Below are positions 11,777 to 25,268 of a stretch of 64,000 nt of DNA, piece by piece (positions within the stretch are counted from its first letter, which is position 1; every line of letters starts with the position of its first letter). Position numbers and translations under genes: made by a program. The stretch spans positions 44,764,001 to 44,828,000 of the forward strand of contig NC_043008.1 of the NCBI RefSeq assembly GCF_006345805.1. Direction: 5' to 3'. This stretch comes from Octopus sinensis. Taxonomy: Eukaryota. The notes under the pieces are model-generated. The model had not been told where the DNA came from, made no database searches, and worked only from the letters and a program-made list of their open reading frames with translations.

Positions 11777-14577
11777 ATCGTTTTATATCAAAAGTGTGTC
11801 GAATAAAGTTAGGCGTCCCCGTGGTCTTTTGGCCAAACGAATTTTGAGAGCATCCTCGTGATCTAATTGACCATTCTATCTGAAGATATGCGTATATACA
11901 AACGAATTAATCAATTGATATAGGTTCCATACACCTATCAAAATGTAGGCATAGATATATTTATAAACATACATGCACGCGAATGTGCATACATGTATTT
12001 ATACCCATGTACGTGTGTAACTATGTTAAACGCGTTTGTGTTTCATACAGTTTAAACATTGAAACGTATATATTCTGTTTATAATGAATTTTAACATTTT
12101 CAGTTAATGTATTCATAGTATACTATTCAATGTTCCAAGGCCCATCGTATGCACGCATTTCGTGAGATTTGAGCTCATGAAATAAGATTGCTTGTAACAT
12201 TTATTCAATTCATTTTAGTTAAAACAACTTTTATAAAATTTCAGTGATAAATATTGGATTTCAGTTGCTCAGTTGCTCATATTAATCTATCATCTTCAAA
12301 ATGATTTGTTCATACGTATGCGCAGTGGTTTTACCATTTGACAAAATACTTATATTTTCTCCATAAAATGTTAAAGGTATGGTTCTACATGCAAATATAT
12401 TTTAGAAAACCTCTGTCTTCTCAAAAGGGATGTGGAATGCCTAAAGTTTAATTCAATACCAATAAACGTAGGCTTTATGTAACTAAATTTGTAGCTAAGT
12501 TATTCTAATTACTTTAAAGATTTGCCAACGTTTTCCCGGTTCTGAAGATGCATTCTAAATTATATTTTTCAACACTATACTTTCAGTAAACTCACTAGGA
12601 ATCGAACGCGTTTGACAATCACTTCGTTTACCTTGTCACTGCAGAGTTCTTACAATGCTTCCACATTTAAATAGATATTTAAGTAAAAAAAAGTTTGGTT
12701 CAATGCTTACGCCTGCATAATTGGTCTCACTATGCTTTGTCATGAATGGTTGATATAATGCAAAACGTTAGTGGGGGGTGTACTCTATACAAAACACGTA
12801 TATTCAAATTTCTTTGTTCAGCAGCTTATAAACCGAATATGTACTGAAGTTCTGACAGAACATCACAAGTGAACTCACAGAAGATGAAAGTGTGATTCAG
12901 TGCTAACGTTTAATGCTGAAGTTCAAATATTTTCTATGTGGAAAAAATAAAATCCTCATTTCTACTGGTTAGAATTCAATTAATGAATGCTGTATGTAGA
13001 TTAGTTGTCGAAAAAATACATGCAAAGGGTATAAGGCATATAATGTAAGGGTGTTGCGTTCACACAAATTATATTGACGAATGGTAGTAACGAGGAAGTG
13101 CAGCTTCTATACAAATAGATTTGTATCTTACATTTATAACATGCAAAGAATATTCTTGCCCGAAGTTCTTTGAAATTTCTGGTAACTCACGCATATAATA
13201 CTGGAAAACTTTATAAAATGTTTTCAGTTCAAATAAATTAGAAAATATTTGAAGAACCGAGTTGGAGAACATGTGTGGTAGTTGATGCACGAGATTCCTT
13301 CCGTTGGCACTTCATGCCAAATGTAAACGACTGTCACCGCCGTACTTCGTATCCCGATAATCAGGAAGGCTTTCGATGGCTTTTTTTTCTCTAACGAACT
13401 TACTGGAAATATATGGCATGTGATGGGGGGGGGTGCAGAGGGTGTATTAGTAATGAACTAATTGTTTAACTTTGTAGTTTTACTTAGTCTCTTCGTGTAC
13501 TTACATCTAATGAGACATTGTATCGCTAAGAATGATTTTAATTATCCCATTATTTCATTATCTGCAGCACTAATGCAATTGCTCTACAGTATGGCTTCAT
13601 ATAGCTAGAAGGCTATTAAAACTATTTCAAATACATTTTCTTAACGGGGTTCTCTAATCCAATAACAGTAACTTCCACGGCTAATCTACGTTAACAGTTG
13701 TACAATATTTTAATCCGATTAAATTAAGAGTGAAACATGTACGAGCTAAGATAAGTATCTAATGCATAATTTGTCCATGATAAGAATGTTTCTCCAAGAG
13801 ACAAAAACCATTCAATCTTAACATGCTACTGCCGTAGTTTTAACACTAGAAAATATAGCAAACCATTTCTTTATTCCCAGCTACAATCCGTTTCAAATCC
13901 TTTTGCCGGGTTTAGCCACGACTTCGTAAAATAATTACGTCGGCATTATCACATCTCAAAGTTTTACATTTATGAGAGAAATAGCTTTCAATGTTTTATA
14001 ATAATTAATATCAAAGAATAGTATACCATTACTATAAAATTTGCTAAAATAGAATCTTGCACACGTTCAGAAAAAACATTCTAGTGGTGAGAAGAATTTG
14101 AAACACTGGCTATTTTTTAAGTCTTGCTTTAAAATATTTCATAGAGATGCCATGCCTAACTCACTTAGGTTACATGGATTGACGAAAGAAAAGATTAGAA
14201 TAAGATTAGAATTCCTACCCCTTCGATACCAATGTCCGAGTATACCACTTATCCTATGATGCGAAGCCTACCATTTAAAAGGATTTCAAAACTGCATCAA
14301 AATTTCCTTTTAATTCGTTTTCTAAACACCTTAATAACAATTCCATTTTCCTGAAACGTCACTTTACGCTCCGAGTTCAAACATCGCTGTCGTTGACACT
14401 CATCCTTACAGCGTGGGAAAATGGGGTAACAGTTTAGCTTTGGGGTCAATATAATTGTCTATCTCTCTGTCTTAAATCTGCTAGACAAGACGCAAATGTA
14501 GTATATTAGTTACTTTCAAAATATTGAAAAAGAAATTTCAATAGGAAAAATTAGTGATAAAGACATCTAAGTACGTA

Positions 14578-14804
14578 TTTCTTTACTACCCACAAGGGGC
14601 TAAACAAAGAGAGGACAAACAAGGACAGACAAAGGGATTAAATCGATTACATCGAACCCAGTGCGTAACTGGTACTTAATTTATCGACCCCGAAAGGATG
14701 ATTGGCAAAAATCGACCTCGGCGGAATTTGAACTCAGAACGTAGCGGCAGACGAAATACTTCTAATCATTTCGCCCAGCGTGCTAACGATTCTACCAGCT
14801 CGCC
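14578..14804 (-). mobile_element. SINE family A, full length, 18-bp TSD
   Basis: TSD taaagacat(c/t)taa(g/c)tacg at 14558-14575 and 14809-14826. Confidence 0.9.
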
Positions 14805-16220
14805 GTCTTAAAGACATTTAACTACGGTGAAGGGAGAGACTGGATAGTAAAATTGTTTACTTTTAAAAGTGGGAGAAGCAGGAAATAGAAAGTCGATATT
14901 TTGGGGAGGAAAAGTGATGCACCTCAGTTTGCTAAACGGATAAAGTTATGCTTATTTATTCATTGCTTTGAATTAATCCTATATTCTCTTCTAGCTTCGA
15001 GGTTTCGATGAGGTAACCTAATATTTATAATATTGTAATATCAGTGTGAGGCCAGCTCTGGCCAGTTTGATCACAATACAAGTAGGATATTTTGATCGGC
15101 TTAATTACTAAGGGTCTAAACAACAAAATCGTAAACCAAACCGCATCAAAAGGCAGCATGGGCGTTTGTATTATATTCAAAATATACTAGGAAATTATAA
15201 TGACGGTTAAATCCTGGACAGATGTATAGAATGTGGTAAGTTATAAAGTCTCAATTTCTGACACCACCGCCAATGGATTTTCTCGTCAAAGAACTTGTGT
15301 TTTTTATAGCTAACTTTTAGATGATGGATTCAATCAAAATAGTTACCTTCTTTGTAGATCTGATAACGAAAAGTAAATTTTCAAATCGTAAACTAACTAA
15401 AGCAGCCTAAATCAAAATTCAGTTATACCAAATCAATTAATTTCAACTGTAGGAAGTAATCTTCAGCTCGACATTATACGTTGAGATCCTCAACCTACAA
15501 CTAGAATTATATTAGATCTGATTAACGGTTTTAATGTTTCATAGACTTAAATTAAGGCCGAATTATTGAAGAACCTTATGTCTGAATATCAAACTGTAGC
15601 AAACGGAGGCATAGATGCCTTTTCATCCGTTCAATTATAAGTACGTGTGCACACAAAGAAAATTAAAATCAAGCATATCAAGAAAAAACAAGGCAGTATG
15701 ATCTAAAAAAAAAAATTTTTTTTTAAACCAGGATGAAAATTGTCAAACATGCTTACAATGGAGAATACATTGTATGGCGCGGTATTACGCTCCAAGTAGT
15801 AATATTAAAACTGTAACAACTAAAACCAAAAGAATAACCACAAAATGTTACAAATATAAGTTTTCGTTCCTGTAAATATAATTTGAAAGCAAAAATCAAT
15901 TTCGAGTGCAGAATATAGAGCTGCAAACATTAGAAAATGCAACAAGCCCAATTAGAAGCCAAATTTTAAAATTAAAATTGGATACTGTAAAAGGATTTCC
16001 GCTAAAATCCGTTTCTTCATCTGTGTTACCTTAGGGAGTGTTTGAACAGGAGGGATAAGATGTGAAAGCAAAGATTCGAACACATGTAAAAATAATCTAA
16101 AAATATATCTAAAATGAAATTTTATTCCAATTTAGTTTTATATGATAAACACGTAATTTCGAAAATTCTCGGAGCCCCAAAGTTGTTTAGTTGTACAGTT
16201 TATAATAACATAGAAATATA

Positions 16221-16598
16221 GGATTTTTTCGGTTTGAAAGGCAGTTTTTAATTTCTAGGTAACTAAAACATTTTAAACTTCGTATACTGGTAGAATGTGT
16301 TTAGAAAACATCTTTTTCTCTTGGCTTTGAGAAAATTCTATAGTTTGTAAGATATGTTTTTTTTTCTCTTCAATTTCAACCAATCACGGACACTGAGGTA
16401 AAAACATTCTGTGCTGTATGAATATGTCCCTCGTTTAAGAAATAAATTGGGTTTATTTACATTTGTGAAGAAAAAAAGACCCTTCCCCCAACCCTAAAAT
16501 AGATTGAAATGCAATAAATCGATACTAGGGTCATAATTATGGGTGACAATTTCATATGACACTGCTAGAAAAGACTACCGTTCAAACCGAAAAGATCC
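16221..16598. mobile_element. MITE (non-autonomous DNA transposon), ~30-bp TIRs, 8-bp TSD
   Basis: TIRs ggattttttcggtttgaaaggcagttttt (16221-16249) and aaaagactaccgttcaaaccgaaaagatcc (16569-16598); TSD gaaatata at 16213-16220 and 16599-16606. Confidence 0.8.
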
Positions 16599-17360
16599 GA
16601 AATATATTTTTTTTAAATACGCGAGAAACAAAATCGCTCATTTATTGGAAATATTTGTTGCTGAAATCATTTAGATGTTTTTCTGCGACTTGTAAACATT
16701 AAAGTGTTAAATATGTACCAATAATTTAAAGAAATGTTTTGAGAACACATTATATTGGAGTTTATATAGCACCATGATAGGGGTGTTGGGCTAAGTGTAC
16801 CACACCAAAATATCGTAGTGCAGCGGGTAGAATACCGAACAGCACAACAGAAAAAAGGTAACTTAAATGAAGGCAGATGTACAAATTATTTACGCGGTAT
16901 TAAGGTTGCCCCAAAGTAATTTAGGACCTATATTAAAATCTTGATTAAAATCTGAAGATTCAGTTGAGAAGAAGCACACTAAAAGAACAGGCAATGGAAA
17001 TAGACGGCAAATTGGGTCGATTATTGAATTAAAGAGAAATGGGAATAGCATTCATATATATTTTGTGATATAGAGAACTAAAATAAAACTAAAAGAACTA
17101 AAAGAAAACTTGCCAACAGCACCTAAAAATAAAAACATTGAGATTTGCACAAGTGAGGTCCCTATAAATAACACTATCAACACCCAGGAAAGAGACGGAT
17201 GGAGGTAGAGACAGAAAGAGAGAATACCCGCCTAACACTACCTACAGAAATCCCTACTTCTAGATCGCTACTAAAATACCCAACTAAACACAAGACAATA
17301 CCCACCTAACACACCACACTACTGACTACCCCGACTAAACACTAAAGAATACACACCAGC

Positions 17361-18050
17361 CTAACACAGAAATACCCCACTAAACACGAGACGAGACTAA
17401 CACAGAAAAACCCCACTAAACACGAGACCAACACAGAAATACCCCACTAAACACGAGACCAACACAGAAATACCCCACTAAACACGAGACGAGACCTACA
17501 CAGACATACCCCACTAAACACGAGACGAGACCTACACAGACATACCCCACTAAACACGAGACGAGACCTACACAGACATACCCCACTAAATACGAGACGA
17601 GACCTACACAGACATACCCCACTAAACACGAGACGAGACCTACACAGACATACCCCACTAAACACGAGACGAGACCTACACAGACATACCCCACTAAACA
17701 CGAGACGAGACCTACACAGACATACCCCACTAAACACGAGACGAGACCTACACAGACATTACCCCACTAAACACGAGACGAGACCTACACAGACATACCC
17801 CACTAAACACGAGACGAGACCTACACAGACATACCCCACTAAACACGAGACGAGACCTACACAGACATACCCCACTAAACACGAGACGAGACCAACACAG
17901 AATTACCTCACTAAACACGAGACGAGACCAACACTCAAATACCCCACTAAACACGAGACCAACACAGAAATACCCCACTAAACACGAGACCAACACAGAA
18001 ATACCCCACTAAACACGAGACGAGACAAACACAGAAATACCCACTAAACA
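17361..18050. repeat. Minisatellite, 36-bp unit TAAACACGAGACGAGACCTACACAGACATACCCCAC with 31-bp edge variants
   Basis: About 19 head-to-tail units without unique spacers; explains ORFs 17416, 17447 and 17748. Confidence 0.95.
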
Positions 18051-19016
18051 CTACAGAGAATACCCATCAGATCCCGAAAGCTACACAGAAGACATCCCCG
18101 CGAATACTAGAGATACAAAACCCCACTCAGTAGAGAAAATACCCGCCTAACACTACAGAGAATATTACACTAAACACACACACACACACCCACACCAGAC
18201 GTCGTCTAGAGACGGGCAAACATACCGAACTGAACACTAGATAGTATTAAAAAAAAAAAACCCCCAAAGAACACTACACAATTAAAAATCTGCCTAATCC
18301 TAACCTGGAGAGATGAAATTGTTGATTAAACACAGACAAAATGCAGGGGATCACAAAGGGGACACACCACACGTAAACTAAATACTACGAGAGAGAATTC
18401 CTGATTATACTAACTTCTGCACTCAATGCAGGAAAACACTCACACTAAAAGCTGGATAAATGTTTGACAGGTCGATGAATTACATGAGGAAGTTTAAGAC
18501 GAAATTAGCGGATTAAAATTTAAAAGATTAAAACAATTGAAAAGATTTTTAAAATAGAGCAACCTTACCGAAATGAGAAGAGTTACTAAATTGTTTGACT
18601 TCAAAATTTAAAAGAATACAATTGAACATTTAAAAGTTTTTTTTTAAATTATATGGAGCAACCTTAACAAAAAGATAAAAATACTAAATTATTTTACTTC
18701 TTATTGCTGGATTCTAAATGATTAACGTTAAAAAAATAAAACCTGATCACGGATTTTTTGAATGCTACATCTTAACTACTCCACTACATCTGTTGCCTTC
18801 TTCATAGTGCTGAGCTGTTTCCTACAAAAGAAATTCTCAAGCTTTCATATATATAGATGGAGATGCCTGCTTCCCCGCCACCTCCACCTGAGCCGGTTTT
18901 CATGACATTTGCACGTGGAAGAGTCTAAATTCTTTCAAAACCAAAATAAATCTTCAGAAAAGATAATTCCTCAAAACGAGAAGCGAATATGGTGCTTTTA
19001 ATATTTAATTTGAATT

Positions 19017-19235
19017 CTTGAGTTCAAAATCCGCCGAGGTTGCGTTTGCCTTTCATCCTTTCGATACCGATAAATTAAGTACCAGTTACGCACTGGAGTT
19101 GATGTAACCGACTTAATACCTATGTCTGTCCTTGTTTGTCCCTTCTATGTTTAGCCCCTTGTGGGTAATAAAGAAACAGATAAATTAAGTATCAAATGAA
19201 CACTGGGGACAATTTAATCGAGTTTTCCCCCACCT
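19017..19235 (+). mobile_element. SINE family A, 5'-truncated, with partial tandem core
   Basis: gagttcaaaatccgccgagg..gcctttcatcc..gtgggtaataaagaaa. Confidence 0.8.
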
Positions 19236-19930
19236 CCGAAATTGCTGACCCTCTGTCAAAATTTGAAATCAGTATTTAATTTCAATCTTTGTAGTTTAAA
19301 TGCAGTTTCGATCTCAGTCAACCTATAACTTCTTCTCTTCTCCTTTGTCCCATGCGTCATTGCTTTTTACGCTAGCCTAAAGAATTAAAGAGATAAGTTA
19401 TATGATCTATTCGTGTTGATTGTTTGGTGCCAACACTGGTATAGTCGAGCAGACGTATGCTCAAACTTGTATTCCTATGATTTACCGAAAACCTCTCGAT
19501 GGGCGGGTACATATATTTGGGGGTGCTGAAAAGTGCTTAGCTTTTAGGGAGTCGCAAAAGGCCTGGCTGGAAGCCCAAACTTCCGAATTTTTCAACAGAA
19601 CTTAGAAAAAATAAAGGGCCACTGCAATAAGTGTGTGAAGCTGAGATGGGAAAATGTTGAATAAAAACATAATTAACTAATCCGCCTGTATTTTCCTTAA
19701 CCAAAGCCAGCAGCATTTCAGCACCCCTTGTAATAATAGGAAGGTACTTATAACTTGAGGATGTATGTGTGATATCTAACCTAAATTTTCTCGGAAAAGT
19801 AGGTTGGTTTTTTTTCAATTTTGATACAAAATTTTTATTTACATTTGAACAATAAATATTCTCGCCCACAATTCACAGTTGCTTTTTTATTACCTATTAA
19901 TAGCGTACATAGATATGGGGTCATATACAA

Positions 19931-20655
19931 TCAAATTTCGGAGTTCTTCCACAAAAAGCAAAAGATTTGCCTCTCCAAATTGAACAACCACGAATCTGGA
20001 CAAGGAACGATGAATAGGCGGTAAGCGATGACCTTTGCGATAAACACATTAGCCACCTCCGTCCTCCCTTTCAATGATAGCCACCGCCAAGACCAGGTCT
20101 TGACTATGTGGGTCACTTTGCTCGATAGCTCGGACCGGTTCTTTTCTATATGGAGATCTGGACCAAACCAGATTCCTAGCAACTTAACCGGGCCCTCCGT
20201 CCTGGGTCCCACGACGCTATTCGAAGACATCGACTTGCCTCTCCAGGTGTCGAGTTGCAAACCGATCGATTTTTCCCGATTAATCTTTGCTCCTGCCACC
20301 ATCTCGTAAACCTTCATGGTTTCGCCTACTTTCTGTAGGTGTTCCATCCTGGTCATGATGATAGTGATGTCGACCGCGTACGCTATAACCGATTCTCCAG
20401 CTCCCGGACTCGTCGGGATGCCACTCAGCTTTCGTAGCAATGGCTGGAGGACCACTACATATAAAAGCAGAGAGAGTGGACACCCTTGACGAATCGACCG
20501 CTTGATACAGAACGGCTTTGAAAGAAAGCCGTTCACCCGAACGATCGAGTCGATATTGTCGTACAACTGTATGATCCACCTGAGGAAACCAAGACCCAGT
20601 CCGAACTGCGCCAGAACAGAAAGCAGGTAACGATGGTCTACCCTATCGACTGCTG
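19931..20655 (-). pseudogene. L1/Tx1-type LINE reverse transcriptase fragment, catalytic motif mutated
   Basis: ORF 19931..20716: DRVDH, RQGCPLS, YAVD (from YADD), KINREKS, LLGIWF, LSLKGR. Confidence 0.92.
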
Positions 20656-20921
20656 TATTTTGTCTACATGGACCAGTACCCCAACCTTGCCACTCACCCA
20701 CAGTTCGCAGTTGCATTTATGGACTGCAAGAACTTGCTCGCCATTTTGAAGATTCCATTTCTATTTTGATAGAATAGTTTTATTTACGGAGATGTACTTA
20801 CATAGCAAGTGATCTGATCTGAGATCATGTGCTGAAACAAAATCAATTGCAGCATGGAAGGTGTTTATAAGCCATTTAAAAACACAGAAAGAGCGTTAGA
20901 TTCCCTTCAACGTTTAAATTT

Positions 20922-20976
20922 AATTTGTCAAAATATTTTCGTCGCTTTGAGACCGTGACCTGTTCACTGACAAATT
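20922..20976 (-). ncRNA. Type-I hammerhead ribozyme candidate with G3:C8 core swap
   Basis: Minus strand: AATTTGTCA-GTGAACA-G-GTCAC-GGTCTCAAA-GCGAC-GAAA-ATATT-T/TGACAAATT. Stem I 9 bp perfect, stem II 4/5, palindromic AATATT stem III. Confidence 0.55.
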
Positions 20977-21016
20977 TCTTTTTTATTCCCATTTGAACAA
21001 TATCTGTGTGCACCAA

Positions 21017-21200
21017 CAATTCACATCTGCGTTTATGCACTGCAAAAACTTGTTCGCCATTTTCAAGATGCTATTTCCATTTTCATAGAATAGTTTTACT
21101 TACATTCGAACAATATCAATGCTCACTAACAATTTACAGTTGCGTTTGCACACTGCAAAAATTTCTCCGCCATTTTCAAAATGCTATTTCTATTTTGGTG
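21017..21200. repeat. Diverged ~95-bp tandem unit, with related copies at 20697-20790 and 19866-19885
   Basis: Repeated ca(a/g)tt.aca(g/t).tgc.tt....actgcaa.aa.tt..tcgccatttt.aa.at.c.attt. Confidence 0.6.
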
Positions 21201-21678
21201 CATAAAATCAGAAGGATAGCATGACTTGCACTAGCTTCCGATCTGAAGACAATGTCTTCACAATTATTTGACACAAAGATCTCTTTTCTATTAATAAGAA
21301 CAAAAGACACTTACGTCTTTTACTGGTTCGTAACTTTCGATTTTTTTCATGATATAAGGCTTGATTCTTATATTTTATTCCTTCCAGTTCCTTGCTGTTT
21401 TTCATTGTTTAACTTTCGATATTGCTTCAAACGCTAGACAAAAACACAACCGATATAATATTTCCTATGTACATTTAGAAAACTTAATACATATTACACA
21501 ATGTAACAAATATCGACCCAGAGAGCCATGTTTTCTTTAGTATATAAGCATTCGCTTTGTATGTCTATTGTGCATGTAGCTATAGAATGCCCACGCATTT
21601 TAATTATTCAAAAATGTAATTATATCATCTACAATCGCATATAGATAGCTGATATATGTATATATATATATATTATAT

Positions 21679-21733
<55 letters not shown>

Positions 21734-21736
<3 letters not shown>

Positions 21737-21860
21737 GGTGACACCCTTCAGTCATGAATTAACGAGAGACTGCACCTAGAAAGTTACCCTCCGACGCAGA
21801 AAATCCGGACAAGGTTGTTTTATGGAAGGAGAGAAGTTGTCCATGCCTACATATTTATAT
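21734..21860 (-). mobile_element. SINE family D fragment
   Basis: tgcacctagaaagttaccctccga..ggttgttttatggaagg, shared with 27833-28033. Confidence 0.6.
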
Positions 21861-22223
21861 CGTCGTGCTTGCCGTTACAGGGCAGTAGCGCAATTGAATA
21901 ATAGGTATGAGTAGAGATAAAGCAGCAATTTACACAGAATCTATAAGAAAAATTAAAAAATGGGAAAGGATAATCAATCAACAAATATCACCCTGTAAAA
22001 TTCCTTTAGAGCTATTTATTAATTAATTACAATCGTATGTATAAGTAATCAAAATAAATAAACAAATAAACAAGTAAATAAGTGAATAAAAAACAAATAA
22101 ATGAGTGGAAAAATACTGCCCAAAGTACCGCGCTGCGGGATTGAACCTGGAATCATGTAATTGGGAAGTAAGTTTCTTACCAAACAGCCATATATACGTA
22201 CATATATATATGTGTGTGTGTGC

Positions 22224-22271
<48 letters not shown>

Positions 22272-22276
22272 CTGTG

Positions 22277-22314
<38 letters not shown>

Positions 22315-22471
22315 CACACACACACAGACACACAGACACACACATACATATTAGTGTGCTTATACGTCTGTAAATGTGTGCGTAAGCCTGAATGTGTATG
22401 TTTATGTTTGTATATATAGGTGTGTGTTTGCATCTGTAGGGGCGGGGCATATGTACTTGAGCATACGTGCG

Positions 22472-22595
<124 letters not shown>

Positions 22596-23154
22596 CATAT
22601 ACAAATGGATACCAGCTAAACATGATCAACATCCGTCACACGTTATAAGCAAAATATGATCACAATTTGTTGTAACTCTGGGATATGTATCTATCGATTG
22701 TTTATCAATTAACTACCCATTTCGAAGTTACTAACTATTGCGTGTATTTTATTCAATATAACATTAGGAAAAACAAAATATCCTAAACCAATGAAAAACT
22801 CTCACCGAGATGTATATCGACGTTTCCCACCCTCGTATTTCTTTCAAAAGCCCTAACTAGAGAAAAATCTGAAAACCATTTTTTTAATATTTCGTTTATT
22901 TTTGTTTTCTCTGTAATCATAAATATAAAGATTTCATCGATTTAGATTCTCTGCTAACACAAGGTTTATCATTATATCAATTTTATCTATTTTTACTGAA
23001 ATTCTGCATATTCGAAATTCAGATATTGCTTACATTTATTTACTCGGTGAAGGAAATTCGTGCCGTAAACAAAACACACTCGCGAAAATTCACACACACA
23101 CACCCATATGCAAATATATATATGTATATATATATATATATATACAATGAGACA

Positions 23155-23171
23155 GATAGATACATACAAAC

Positions 23172-23259
<88 letters not shown>

Positions 23260-23321
23260 TAAATAGATAGATAGATAGGTAAATAGATAGATAGACAGAT
23301 AGAAAGAGATAGATAGATAGG

Positions 23322-23391
<70 letters not shown>

Positions 23392-23460
23392 TGTAAATAG
23401 ATAGATAGATATGTAAATAGATAGATAGATAGGTAAATAGATAGATAGACAGATAGAAAG

Positions 23461-23537
<77 letters not shown>
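23155..23537. repeat. (TAGA)n microsatellite
   Basis: Directly visible. Confidence 0.95.
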
Positions 23538-24082
23538 TTAGAAAAAGTTGATGTACGTTGTATAAAAACGTACAAAATGATTAATTATAAAAACACTAAA
23601 TAAAAATATCAAATATTATTTTAAGCAGCAAAATGTTTTATTTTTTTACTTTAATGTTTCTCTCTCTGTGACTTACATAAATTAATGTACTTTTTATTCG
23701 ATATTTGCAGTTTATATATTTTAGAAAATTAAAATTGTTAGTACTAGGAAAGCTACACTTTTGCAAACGAGAATTCATATGCATGTACACACGGATATAG
23801 AAATCAAGTGACTTGACTTTCTTTTGGCTTATTAAAATACATGCACACACTCTGTTTCCAAAGGTATTTCGATTGAAAATATCTCAAAGAAAATCCTTCT
23901 TTTAGAATCGACTTTTCAAGTACAACATGGAATTGTATATATATATATCATGCTGATGCACGCAAGTCTGTAAGCAGTAACCGGCATGCGCATGCGCTTG
24001 TTTATGTTTATTTTTTCTGATTTCCTGCATACGAACAATACAAAAGATTATATGTACATATATATATATGTGTGTGTGTGTG

Positions 24083-24138
<56 letters not shown>

Positions 24139-24281
24139 GTGAAATAGAAAGATGAATAATCTTGTAGTAGATTAATCAAAAGTTTAACCGATACCTTAGT
24201 AGCAAAAATCACAGCAGTGAACAGCACGGTTGGAGGTACAACCATCTGGCGTTGCAACCGTGCGTTGGTGCGGATAATTGA

Positions 24282-24609
24282 AATTAAAACATTATTGGTG
24301 AATTGAAGAAATGGAGCTGAACGCAGATTGAACAGAAATCGTTTTATTTCATTCTACACGTGTTTCGAAAGGCACAAATTACCAAAATCCGATTGAATAA
24401 TGGGACCATATTGTGTCTTTCTCTTCAGGAAGAAAAAAGGAAATCCGTTCCAACGGATTTCCTTTTTTCTTCCTGAAGAGAAAGACACAATATGGTCCCA
24501 TTATTCAATCGGATTTTGGTAATTTGTGCCTTTCGAAACACGTGTAGAATGAAATAAAACGATTTCTGTTCAATCTGCGTTCAGCTCCATTTCTTCAATT
24601 CACCAATAA

Positions 24610-24619
<10 letters not shown>
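24282..24619. repeat. Perfect palindrome, 168-bp arms, 2-nt loop (CC, 24450-24451)
   Basis: 24282-24449 is the reverse complement of 24452-24619 by inspection. Confidence 0.92.
24466..24554 (+). ncRNA. Type-I hammerhead ribozyme, intact core (mirror copy on minus at 24347-24435)
   Basis: TTTCTTC-CTGAAGA-GAAAGACACAA..TTGTGCCTTTC-GAAA-CACGTG-TA/GAATGAAA. Stem II 10/11, palindromic ACACGTGT stem III, predicted GUA cleavage after 24546. Confidence 0.75.
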
Positions 24620-24657
<38 letters not shown>

Positions 24658-25074
24658 GTATGCATGTATGTATGTGTATATACAGAGCGAGAGAGATTGA
24701 GAGAGATAATGATCTAAAATGAAGAAAAAAATGCTTAGTGTACAAAACATAAGCAGATATGTTGAGAGAATTGAAAGACTGAACATTTTCAGATGAAGAA
24801 TATTCATATATAAATATACAGATATACATCTTCACAGACCAAAATTCCACAATGTACAAAGATACCGAAAATTTAATAGAGAAGGCATGGGGCTACATGT
24901 CCTACACCTGCTTCTGGTGGTTTGGAATTATTTCATAATGTCGATCGGAAGATGTGATAATTGGCAAAAGTATACAATCAGTATTGAAAGTAGACATTCA
25001 GTAGACCGGACCGCCATCTTCAGGGTGGAGTGATAAATATCTTATTGATATAGATGTATATATATATATATAAT

Positions 25075-25268
25075 AGAAATATTAAAATTACTAAGTCTCT
25101 TTAAAAGAGATTACGACAGCGTTTCTGGAAATTAATAGTTATCGCCATACTGATATGGCATTCTTAAAAATAAGAATAAAGCTGTCGCTGATTAGCTCCA
25201 TGAAGCCATCACCTCAAGCTAGCTACTTGACACACAAACTGCGTCCGTTATTAAACCTTCGAAGGTTA
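25075..25268. mobile_element. Single-arm copy of the 45298-45802 element family
   Basis: agaaatattaaaat.actaagtctct..atagttatcgccatact.atatggcattctt..aaccttcgaa, shared with 45298-45490. Confidence 0.75.

Noticed and set aside
15190-15245. Candidate host exon ending at a GTAAGT donor
   Set aside because: All three frames between the nearest AG acceptor and the donor contain stops.
17361-18050. 36-bp repeat array as a CRISPR array
   Set aside because: The units are head-to-tail with no unique spacers, there are no cas genes, and the context is eukaryotic.
24985-25030. Minus-strand CTGAAGA-TGGC.. next to the 25075 element
   Set aside because: No stem II or GAAA follows.
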